Positions 46,695 to 55,094 of a stretch of DNA of 64,000 nt are shown here, in pieces. The position numbers and the translations under genes are program-made. Positions within the stretch are counted from its first letter, which is position 1, and the number at the start of each line of letters is the position of its first letter. Location: positions 307,780 to 371,779 of the forward strand of contig CAWBAN010000004.1 in NCBI GenBank assembly GCA_963786935.1, written 5' to 3'. This stretch comes from an uncultured bacterium. GTDB lineage: Bacteria; Krumholzibacteriota; Krumholzibacteriia; Krumholzibacteriales; Krumholzibacteriaceae. The notes beneath the pieces were generated by a model that saw only the letters and a list, made by a program, of their open reading frames with translations, made no database searches and had not been told where the DNA came from.

Positions 46695-49652
46695 ATGCGC
46701 ACGATTCTGCTGCTCTCGCTCGCGGCGGCCGTCGCCTGCCTCGGCTCGTGCTCGATCGAGAAGAAGGCCGCGTACACGTCCTCCGTCGATCCGTTCATCG
46801 GCACGGGAGGGCACGGGCACACTTATCCGGGGGCGACGATGCCGTTCGGAGGCGTGCAGCTGAGCCCCGACACGAGGCTCGAGGGCTGGGACGGCTGCTC
46901 GGGGTATCACGCCTCCGACAGCGTCGTCTACGGATTCAGCCACACGCACCTGAGCGGGACGGGGGCGTCCGATTACGGCGATATTCTCCTCATGCCGACG
47001 GTCGGCGCCGTGCAGGTCGTTCGCGGAGATCCGAAGAATCCCGCCTCGGGCTACTGCTCGGGATTCAGCCATAAGAACGAAGCGGCCGCGCCCGGGTACT
47101 ACCGCGTCGCGCTCGACGACGGGGGCATCGACGTCGAGCTCGCCGCGACGAATCGCGCGGGCTTTCACCGGTACACGTTTCCCGAGAGCGAGAGCGCGAA
47201 CGTCATCATCGATCTCGCCCATCGCGACGAAGTGATCGAGGCGCACGTGCGTATAGTGGACGACACCGAGATCGTCGGATACCGGCGATCGCGCCACTGG
47301 GCCGAGGATCAGCACGTGTACTTCGCGGCGAAGTTCTCGAAGCCGTTCGCCGAGCGCGGCATCGCGATCGACGACGCGATCGTCAACGGCATCGACGAGG
47401 CGACGGGGAAGAACGTGAAGGCGTTCGCGACCTTCAGGACGGCGGCGAACGAGGCGATTCTCGTGAAGGTCGGCATTTCGGCCGTGGACATCGGGGGCGC
47501 CCGGAGGAACCGCGACGCCGAGATCCCGGATTGGGATTTCGAGAAGACGCGCCTCGACGCCGACGCCGCGTGGAACGCCGCCCTCGGGAAGATCGACGTG
47601 CGCGGGGGCACGCGGGCGCAGCGGGTGACCTTCTACACGGCGCTCTACCACGCGATGCTCGCGCCGAACATCTTCATGGACGTCGACGGACGTTACCGGG
47701 GACGGGATCTGCAGGTGCACGAGGCGCGCGATTTCACGAATTACACGGTCTTCTCCCTCTGGGACACCTACCGCGCCGAGCATCCGCTCTTCACGATCAT
47801 CGAGCCGGAACGAACGGTTGATTTTATCAGGACGTTCCTCGCCCAGTACGAGCAGGGGGGGCTCCTGCCCGTGTGGGAGCTCGCGGGGAACGAGACGAAC
47901 TGCATGATCGGCTACCACGCCGTGCCCGTGATCGCCGACGCGTACGTCAAGGGTATCCGCGGCTTCGACGCGGCGAAGGCGCTCGAGGCGATGAAGCACA
48001 GCGCGGAGATCGATTTCCGGGGCCTCGCGTGGTATCGCGAGCTCGGATACATCCCCGCGGACAAGGAGGGGGAGTCCGTTTCGAAGACGCTCGAGTACGC
48101 CTACGACGACTGGTGCATCGCGCAGATGGCGAAGGCGCTCGGCGCGGACGGCGATTACGCGGCCTACATCCGCCGCGCGCAGTCGTACAAGAACCTCTTC
48201 GATCCCGCGACCGGGTTCATGCGCGCGAAGGCGAACGGCGCGTGGTGGGCGCCGTTCGATCCGGCCGAAGTCAACTTCAACTACACCGAGGCGAACGCGT
48301 GGCAGTACAGCTTCTACGTTCCGCAGGACGTGCGGGGGCTCATCGGGCTCATGGGAGGGGACGAGCGCTTCGTCGAGCGGCTCGATTCGCTCTTCACGAC
48401 GAGCCCGAAAACGAGCGGCCTCGATCTTCCCGACGTCTCGGGGCTCATCGGGCAGTACGCGCACGGCAACGAGCCGAGCCATCACATGGCGTATCTCTAC
48501 AGCTTCGCCGGGCGGCCGTGGAAGACGCAGGAGCGTGTCCGGAGCATCGTCGACGGGCTCTATCACGACGGCCGCGACGGGCTCTGCGGCAACGAGGACT
48601 GCGGGCAGATGTCCGCGTGGTACGTCCTGAGCGCGCTTGGGTTCTACCCGGTCACGCCGGGCTCCGACGTGTACGTGATCGGCACGCCGCTCTTCCGCGA
48701 GGCGTCGATCGACGTCGGCGGCGGGAAACGGTTCATCGTCAAGGCGAAGCGGGTCTCGCGCGAGAACATCTACGTTCAGGGCGCGTCGCTCAACGGGAAA
48801 GCGCGCACCGAGTCGTTCGTGCGTCACGGGGACATCATGGCGGGCGGGGAGCTCGCCTTCGCCATGGGGGCGAAGCCGAACACGGCGTGGGGCGTGGCGG
48901 CGCCGGATCGCCCGCCGAGCGTCATCGCGGACAGCCTCATTCTCCCCGTTCCATACGTCGCCGCGGGCTCGAGGATATTTTCCGGCACGAACGCGGTCGC
49001 GCTCGCGTCGGTCACCGAGGGCGCGCGGATATTCTACACGCTCGACGGAAGCGCCCCCGGCCCGGAAGCGAGCCTCTACGGCGAACCGGTCGTCTTCAGG
49101 AAATCGGGGACACTGAAAGCCGTCGCCGCAACTGACGGCTTCCCGCCGAGCGCCGTCGTGACGGCGGAGTTCCGCAGGATTCCGGGCGACCGGAGCATCC
49201 GCCTCGCCACGCCGTACAGCGGAATGTACGCGGCGGGGGGAGACCTCGCGCTCGTCGACGGCCTGCGGGGGCCGCTCGATTTCAGGACGGGGCTCTGGCA
49301 GGGCTATGAGGGGGTCGATCTCGACGCCGTCGTCGATCTGGGCGGAGTGCGCCGGGTGAACCGGATCACGACGGGCTTCCTGCAGGATCAAGATTCATGG
49401 CTTTTCTTTCCGGAGACGGTAGAGTACTCTCTCTCGAGCGACGGGACGCGCTTCGTTCCCGCGGCGAGATTCGCTCCCGGCGTTCCGCCGCGGGAGGAAG
49501 GCGCGCGCATCGAGAATTTCAAGTCCGGTATCATCGGGAAGAGCGCGCGCTACGTACGCGTGCACGCGAAGAACATCGGCCTCTGTCCCCCGTGGCACCG
49601 GGGCGCGGGGAGCAAGGCCTGGATCTTCGCCGACGAAATCATCATCGAATGA
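46695..49652 (+). CDS. Alpha-1,2-mannosidase, GH92, with FN3-associated and discoidin-like C-terminal domains (lipoprotein)
   Basis: VDPFIGTGGHGHTYPG, SLWDTYR, HGNEPSHH, GNEDCGQMSAW and IFYTLDGS. Confidence 0.93.
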   Translation: MRTILLLSLAAAVACLGSCSIEKKAAYTSSVDPFIGTGGHGHTYPGATMPFGGVQLSPDTRLEGWDGCSGYHASDSVVYGFSHTHLSGTGASDYGDILLMPTVGAVQVVRGDPKNPASGYCSGFSHKNEAAAPGYYRVALDDGGIDVELAATNRAGFHRYTFPESESANVIIDLAHRDEVIEAHVRIVDDTEIVGYRRSRHWAEDQHVYFAAKFSKPFAERGIAIDDAIVNGIDEATGKNVKAFATFRTAANEAILVKVGISAVDIGGARRNRDAEIPDWDFEKTRLDADAAWNAALGKIDVRGGTRAQRVTFYTALYHAMLAPNIFMDVDGRYRGRDLQVHEARDFTNYTVFSLWDTYRAEHPLFTIIEPERTVDFIRTFLAQYEQGGLLPVWELAGNETNCMIGYHAVPVIADAYVKGIRGFDAAKALEAMKHSAEIDFRGLAWYRELGYIPADKEGESVSKTLEYAYDDWCIAQMAKALGADGDYAAYIRRAQSYKNLFDPATGFMRAKANGAWWAPFDPAEVNFNYTEANAWQYSFYVPQDVRGLIGLMGGDERFVERLDSLFTTSPKTSGLDLPDVSGLIGQYAHGNEPSHHMAYLYSFAGRPWKTQERVRSIVDGLYHDGRDGLCGNEDCGQMSAWYVLSALGFYPVTPGSDVYVIGTPLFREASIDVGGGKRFIVKAKRVSRENIYVQGASLNGKARTESFVRHGDIMAGGELAFAMGAKPNTAWGVAAPDRPPSVIADSLILPVPYVAAGSRIFSGTNAVALASVTEGARIFYTLDGSAPGPEASLYGEPVVFRKSGTLKAVAATDGFPPSAVVTAEFRRIPGDRSIRLATPYSGMYAAGGDLALVDGLRGPLDFRTGLWQGYEGVDLDAVVDLGGVRRVNRITTGFLQDQDSWLFFPETVEYSLSSDGTRFVPAARFAPGVPPREEGARIENFKSGIIGKSARYVRVHAKNIGLCPPWHRGAGSKAWIFADEIIIE

Positions 49653-49710
49653 CCGGCGTCGCCGGGAACCGGCCGCCGGCTGAATCGTCGTTCAGCGACA
49701 GGATGGTGCC

Positions 49711-51276
49711 ATGGTTCATTTCGCGTTCCTCGACTGGTTCTGGCTCGTGACGTTCATCCTGCTCATGATCGGAAGCGGCGCCCTGTTCTACCGCCTCGGC
49801 AAGCGTTCGGAGGCCGACTTCTTCCTCGCGGGGCGAGGGCTCCCGTGGTGGCTCCCCGCCTCGTCGGTCTACGCGACGCACACGGCGACCGACACGCCGA
49901 TGTGGGTGGCGGGGGTCGTGTACAAGCACGGCCTCGCGGGGCTCTGGTACGGCTTCTTCGCCGCGTGGTGCGCGGTGAGCGCCTTCGTCTCGACGAAGAT
50001 CTTCCGCCGCTCGCTCGCCTACAGCCAGGCCGAATGGCAAACGCTTCGCTACGGCGGGATGCCGGCGGAGCTCCTGCGCGGCTGGGTCGCCGGCTGGCAG
50101 GTGTTTCTCAACATGTTCATCCTCGGCTGGGTCGGCATCGCGATGGGGAAGGTATGCGGATTCCTCTTCGGCTGGCCGCCGTGGATCGGGCTCACCGTCT
50201 TCTCGACCCTCTGCGCCGTGTACGTGCTCGCGGCCGGCTACTGGGGCGTCGTCATGGCCGACTTCCAGCAGGGGATCATCGCGTTCGTCGCGATCGCCTT
50301 CGTCTCGATCTGGGGAATGTACGCCGCGGGCGGGCCGCACGCGATCGTCGAGAAGCTCCAGGCGATGGGCATGAGCCACATGCTCAACCCGTTCAGCTTC
50401 TCGGGATTCTCGGGCGGGGATTTTCCCGTCGCATGGTTCATCACGATGCTCGTCATCGGCATCCTCGGCGGTCTCGGCATGGCGACGGCGATCGACTGGT
50501 TCCCCGAGGCGCAGCGCATCCAGTCGGCGCGGACCGTGAAGGACGCCTCGTGGTGCATCTGGGCGGGGCAGGCGCTCGTCGTCACGCGGAACGCGCTCTG
50601 GGCCGCGGCCATTCTCGGATTCTTCGTGCTCTACCCCGGGCTCACGCAGGTCAAGGACTACGAGATGGCGTGGTTCCGGCTCGGCTTCGAGACGCTCCCC
50701 GTCGGGATGATCGGATTCTTCTTCGCCGCGATCGTCGCCATTCATCTCTCGACGATCTCGACGCATCTGAATCTCGGCGCCGTCTACATCACGCGCGATC
50801 TCTACCACCATTACATCAATCCGAAGGCGGACGAGCGGAAGCTCGTATGGGTGGGGCGCGTCGGCACGGCCATCCTTCTCATCGGATCGTTCATCTTCGG
50901 CTCGATCATGGAGAACATCACCGAGTGGCTCATCTTCGCCCTCTGGATCATGGCGGCGGGGGTGTGGCTGCCCGGCATCCTGCAGGTGATCTGGTGGCGC
51001 TTCAACGGCTGGGGCTATCTCACCGCGTGGGTCTTCAACCTCGTGTTCTCGTGGCTCGTCGTGTGGGTGCTTCCCGCCTTCGGCGTGATCCCGCACCTCA
51101 AGGATTACCAGCAGTTCTGGCTGCTCATGCTCCTCGGCGCGATCGTCTTCATCCCGGTGACGCTCCTCACGAAGGCCGAGAGCATGGACCATCTCGTGAA
51201 GTTCTACGTCATGTCGCGGCCGGTCGGATGGTGGGGGCCGGTGCGGCGGGAGGCGGAGCGGCGCGGCCTGCTCTAG
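49711..51276 (+). CDS. Sodium:solute symporter family transporter
   Basis: DFFLAGRGLPWW, GVVMADFQQ, QRIQSAR and STISTHLN; about 13 TM helices. Confidence 0.9.
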   Translation: MVHFAFLDWFWLVTFILLMIGSGALFYRLGKRSEADFFLAGRGLPWWLPASSVYATHTATDTPMWVAGVVYKHGLAGLWYGFFAAWCAVSAFVSTKIFRRSLAYSQAEWQTLRYGGMPAELLRGWVAGWQVFLNMFILGWVGIAMGKVCGFLFGWPPWIGLTVFSTLCAVYVLAAGYWGVVMADFQQGIIAFVAIAFVSIWGMYAAGGPHAIVEKLQAMGMSHMLNPFSFSGFSGGDFPVAWFITMLVIGILGGLGMATAIDWFPEAQRIQSARTVKDASWCIWAGQALVVTRNALWAAAILGFFVLYPGLTQVKDYEMAWFRLGFETLPVGMIGFFFAAIVAIHLSTISTHLNLGAVYITRDLYHHYINPKADERKLVWVGRVGTAILLIGSFIFGSIMENITEWLIFALWIMAAGVWLPGILQVIWWRFNGWGYLTAWVFNLVFSWLVVWVLPAFGVIPHLKDYQQFWLLMLLGAIVFIPVTLLTKAESMDHLVKFYVMSRPVGWWGPVRREAERRGLL

Positions 51277-51295
51277 CCGCCCGGGAAAGGACGAT

Positions 51296-51586
51296 ATGCC
51301 CTTTATTCGAAGACAGTGGACGCCGAAAGAGGCGGACGAGTGGACGCGGGAGGACACGATCACCGTCATCATCTCGCCGCTCGTCTACATTCTTCTCATG
51401 ATCGGCACCGCGCTGAGCATGCTCGGCATATGGCAGGGCTTCGCGATTCTCGCGGCCGGCGTGATCCTCATGCTCGTCATGATATGGATCATCAATCCGA
51501 AGCTCTCCTCCGTCTCGGAGGGGTACGAGAAGAAGCAGAAGGGATACATCGAGGAGCTCGAGCGAAAAATCAAATGGGAGGATTAG
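51296..51586 (+). CDS. Small 2-TM membrane protein
   Basis: AAAGGA RBS, two hydrophobic helices, coupled to the SSS gene. Confidence 0.75.
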   Translation: MPFIRRQWTPKEADEWTREDTITVIISPLVYILLMIGTALSMLGIWQGFAILAAGVILMLVMIWIINPKLSSVSEGYEKKQKGYIEELERKIKWED

Positions 51587-51588
51587 CG

Positions 51589-51711
51589 TTGGGGAACGAA
51601 CTCAAGATGGTCATCGGGATGTCGCTCGCGTACGTGACGTCGTTCGCGGGGCTCCTGCTCGCGTACTATTCGTACCGCAAGCATCACCGGAACCGGGAAG
51701 CAGGGAAGTGA
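51589..51711 (+). CDS. 40-aa single-TM microprotein
   Basis: TTG after GGAGGA; hydrophobic stretch followed by basic tail. Confidence 0.6.
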   Translation: MGNELKMVIGMSLAYVTSFAGLLLAYYSYRKHHRNREAGK

Positions 51712-51712
51712 T

Positions 51713-51820
51713 ATGGGAGGAAAAGCGCTCGGCATCGTGTTTCCCGCGGCGGTTTTCATTTTCTCGTACGTGATCACCTATCTCCTGTACCGACATTTCT
51801 CGAAGAGCCAGGATAAGTAG
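51713..51820 (+). CDS. 35-aa single-TM microprotein (MGGKALGIVFPAAVFIFSYVITYLLYRHFSKSQDK)
   Basis: Fills the gap between TGA 51711 and ATG 51821 exactly; below the ORF-track size cutoff. Confidence 0.6.
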   Translation: MGGKALGIVFPAAVFIFSYVITYLLYRHFSKSQDK

Positions 51821-53093
51821 ATGAGAATCGTCGTCGCGCTCCCGTACGCCCCCTGGCCGGTTACGAAGGGCACGGATCGGCTCGTCCTGAACCTGCTCGA
51901 CGGGCTCGCCGCGCGCCACGACGTCACGCTCGTCGCGATGGCGGTGAGCGAAGGGGGATCTCGATCGTCTCCGCGAGATCGAGCGGCCGCGCGTCTTCGT
52001 GCGCGCGATTCTCGCCCCCAACAGGCGCAGCTTCCTTCACCGCGTCTCCTCCAAGGGATCGAATCTCCTGAAGGCCGCGTTCGGCGGCGTTCCCCTGCAG
52101 GTGGGCTACGCCGCGCCGGCGGAGCTCCTGCGGCTCATCGCCGATACGGCGGCGGAGCGGAACGCCGATCTCGTGCTCGCGTCGTACTGGCACCTGTACC
52201 GGCTCCCCGATCTCGTGAGGGGCTCGAAGCTCGCGCTCGTCACGCACGACCTCGATTTTCTCGTGAATCCGGGGCGGCTCGCCGCGATGAGCGGCCTCCC
52301 CCGCGCGGCGGCCGCGCTCCGCCTCAAGGGGCTCGAGCGCATCGAGCGGAAGGCGTACGGGCGTTACGAGACGATCCTCACCGTCACTCCGTCCGACGCC
52401 GAGACGCTCGCGCGGCACCCGCTCGGCGCCGGAAAGGCCGTGTTTCCGCTTCCGCTCGCGCTCGATCTCGGCGCGTTCAACACCGCGGCGCGCGCGCGCG
52501 AGCCGAACAGGATTCTCTTCATGGGGACCTTCTATTCCGATTTCAACCGCGACGCATTTCGATTCCTCGCGAAGGAGATATTTCCGATCGTGCGGTCGAG
52601 GAATCCGGAGGCCCGCCTCGAGGTGGTCGGCCACGGCGCGGACGAGAGCCTCCGCGCGGGGGCCGGCCCCGGGATCTCGTTCGCGGGCGGGGTGGAGGAC
52701 ATCAGGCCGCACCTCGGCGCGTGCTCCGCGATGGTGCTGCCGCTCAGATTCGGCGGCGGCGTCCGCATCAGGATGATGGAGGCCGCGGCGATGGGAACGC
52801 CCGTCGTGAGCACTCCCGTCGGCGTCGCCGGCATGGGGCTCAGGGCCGGCGCGGACTATCTCGAGGGGCAGACGGCCGCCGAGATCGCGCTCGCGCTGCT
52901 CCACCTGCTGAGCGACGGCGACGAGGCGCGACGCGTCGGCGCGAACGCGCGCCGGTGGGCCGAGGCGAATATCTCGATGGAAAGCTACCCCGCGCGCCTC
53001 GATGCGCTCTTCGAGAAGATGCTCGGGCGCGGCGCCGCGGCTTCGCGGGGGAACAGCGGCGGCCCCGGCGCCGGCGCGGCCGGGAAGCGCTGA
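51821..53093 (+). pseudogene. Glycosyltransferase family 4 with a frameshift at the G-run 51953-51957 (possibly sequencing error)
   Basis: N-terminal PYAPWP..G in one frame; GGGVRIRMMEAAAMGTPVVST in the other. Confidence 0.75.
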
Positions 53094-53108
53094 CCGGCGG
53101 GAGGCGCG

Positions 53109-54155
53109 ATGGCACGTTTCACGAAAGGCCGGATCGGCGCCCTCGGCGCCAAGCCGCGGTATCCACTGCGGCTCATTAAGTATCTCGCCGGGAAGCTCGT
53201 CTACCGCCTCGGGTGGCTGCGCGCGCCCTTTCTCCCCGCCGCGCTCGACATCGAGCCGAACAACACGTGCAATTTCAAGTGCCCTCATTGCCAGGTGCCC
53301 TACTGGAGCAAGCCCGCCGCGCATTTCGACGAGGAGCGCTTCGCGCGGATCCTCCGGCAGGCGCCCGACCTCGTCAGGATCAAGCTCCAGGGAATGGGAG
53401 AGCCGCTCCTCAACCGGCACCTCGCCGGGATGCTGCGGCTCGGCGAGACGCGCGGGATCTCGATGAGCTTTTTCTCGAACGGGAGCGTGCTCGCCGACGA
53501 GACCGCGGCGGCGCTCGCCGGTCTGAAGGACACCGAGATCACCTTCAGCCTCGACGGCGCGACGAAGGAGACGTTCGAGCGGATCCGCGCCGGAGGAACG
53601 TTCGAGAAGGTGATCGGGAATATCGAGCGCCTCGTCGCGGCGAGGGGCGCGCGGCGCTCGCCGGTCGTCTCCGGCTGGACGCTCGCGACGGCTGAGAACG
53701 TCGCTGAGCTCTCTCGCATCGTGCGCCTCGCGAAGGAGATCGGCCTCGACCGGCTCACGATCCAGACGTTCCTCAGCGATTGGGGCAAGGAGGAGATGAA
53801 GGCGCGCACCGGCGCGCACAAGGTCGCGCAGGATTCCGAGGAGCTCGCGGCGGCCGTTCGCGAGGCGGAGGAAACGGCCCGGGGGATCGGCTTCGATCTC
53901 CGCGTCTCCCGCAGCGATTACTATTCGCGGCGGCGCAAGTGCGTCTGGCCGTGGTCGGGCGCCTACATCGCGGCGAACGGCGACGTGGTGCCGTGCTGCA
54001 TCGTCGCCGACGCCTACACGGCGAAGATGGGGAACGTCTTCGAGCGCGATTTCGCCGATATCTGGAATTCCCCCGCGTACCGCGAGCTCCGGCGAAGGAT
54101 CAGGAATCACGATCTTCCCGCGTATTGCAGAAACTGCTATCTGGACGCCGACTGA
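53109..54155 (+). CDS. Radical SAM protein with SPASM/twitch domain
   Basis: CNFKCPHC, GMGEPL and CVWPW...PCC...YCRNC. Confidence 0.9.
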   Translation: MARFTKGRIGALGAKPRYPLRLIKYLAGKLVYRLGWLRAPFLPAALDIEPNNTCNFKCPHCQVPYWSKPAAHFDEERFARILRQAPDLVRIKLQGMGEPLLNRHLAGMLRLGETRGISMSFFSNGSVLADETAAALAGLKDTEITFSLDGATKETFERIRAGGTFEKVIGNIERLVAARGARRSPVVSGWTLATAENVAELSRIVRLAKEIGLDRLTIQTFLSDWGKEEMKARTGAHKVAQDSEELAAAVREAEETARGIGFDLRVSRSDYYSRRRKCVWPWSGAYIAANGDVVPCCIVADAYTAKMGNVFERDFADIWNSPAYRELRRRIRNHDLPAYCRNCYLDAD

Positions 54156-54169
54156 AAGGGTATCTCTCG

Positions 54170-54894
54170 ATGAATGTCCGCGGATCGCTGAAACGTGCCG
54201 AGTACGGCTGCCGGTGGCTGTGGATCGGCCTCGCGACGATCGCGAGCGCCGGCGTCGCGGAGCTGCGCGTCCTCCACGCGCCGCGCGGCGCGAGGGCAGA
54301 CCGGTACGCGCGTTCCGCGCACCGCTGGGGAAGCTGTTTCTCCTCGGCAACCGCTGCACGCTCGAAGGCGCGCACCACATTCCGCGTGACCGGGCCGTCA
54401 TTTTCGCCTCGAATCATCAGAGCGCCTTCGATATTCCGCTCTTTCACGCGCTCATGCCGGTGGGCTTCCGCTGGGTGAGCAATCGGGCCTTTTTCTCGTG
54501 GCCCTTCGTCGGCCGGGCGCTGAAGCGGATGGAGGCGATCGGCGTCGTCCGGGGCCGCCCCTCCGCTATCCGCCGGTCGTGGCAGGAGGCGGTGGAGGCG
54601 CTGCGAGCGGGGCACAATCTCGTCATCTTTCCCGAGGGCACGTGGGGGGATCGCGAGGGGAACATGCTCCCCTTCCAGAAGGGGATCATCAGCATCGCGC
54701 GCGAGGCGAACGTTCCGGTCGTGCCCGTGACGATCTCCGGGAGCAACCGGGTGAACCCGCCGCGGACGAAGGAGATTCATCCGGGCCCGATACGGATGAC
54801 GGTGCACCCGCCCCTGGGGCCGGAGACGTGGGCGGGCGTGTCCGACGAGGCCTGGCTCGATCGGCTCCGGAACACCATCGCCTCCGCCCTCTAG
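54170..54894 (+). pseudogene. plsC: 1-acyl-sn-glycerol-3-phosphate acyltransferase family, frameshift at G-run 54327-54330 (possibly sequencing error)
   Basis: NHQSAFD and IFPEGT; the N-terminal TM part is in another frame and one extra G restores RWGKLF. Confidence 0.75.
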
Positions 54895-54926
54895 CATGCA
54901 CCGTTAGCGGGTGACGCCGCTGGGGT

Positions 54927-55075
54927 CCCCACGCGAGCGTAGCGTTCAGCGAGCACGCGTGGTGAAGCGGCGGCAGGACCCGCGTGCGTTGCGAGCACGC
55001 GTGGGGTGCAAGCGGCGGCAGGACCCGCGTGCGCTGCGAGCACAGACGGGGTGCAATGGGCGACAGGACCCGCGT
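54927..55075. repeat. Cluster of about 3.5 tandem ~45-bp REP-like palindromic units
   Basis: (AGCGGCGGCAGGA-CCCGCGTGC..GCGAGCACGCGTGGGGTGCA)n between convergent genes. Confidence 0.8.
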
Positions 55076-55094
55076 ATCGTGCCCGTGGAGGGCG

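Noticed and set aside
54927..55075. Possible CRISPR array
   Set aside because: The linkers are near-identical rather than unique spacers, the units degenerate, and no cas genes are present
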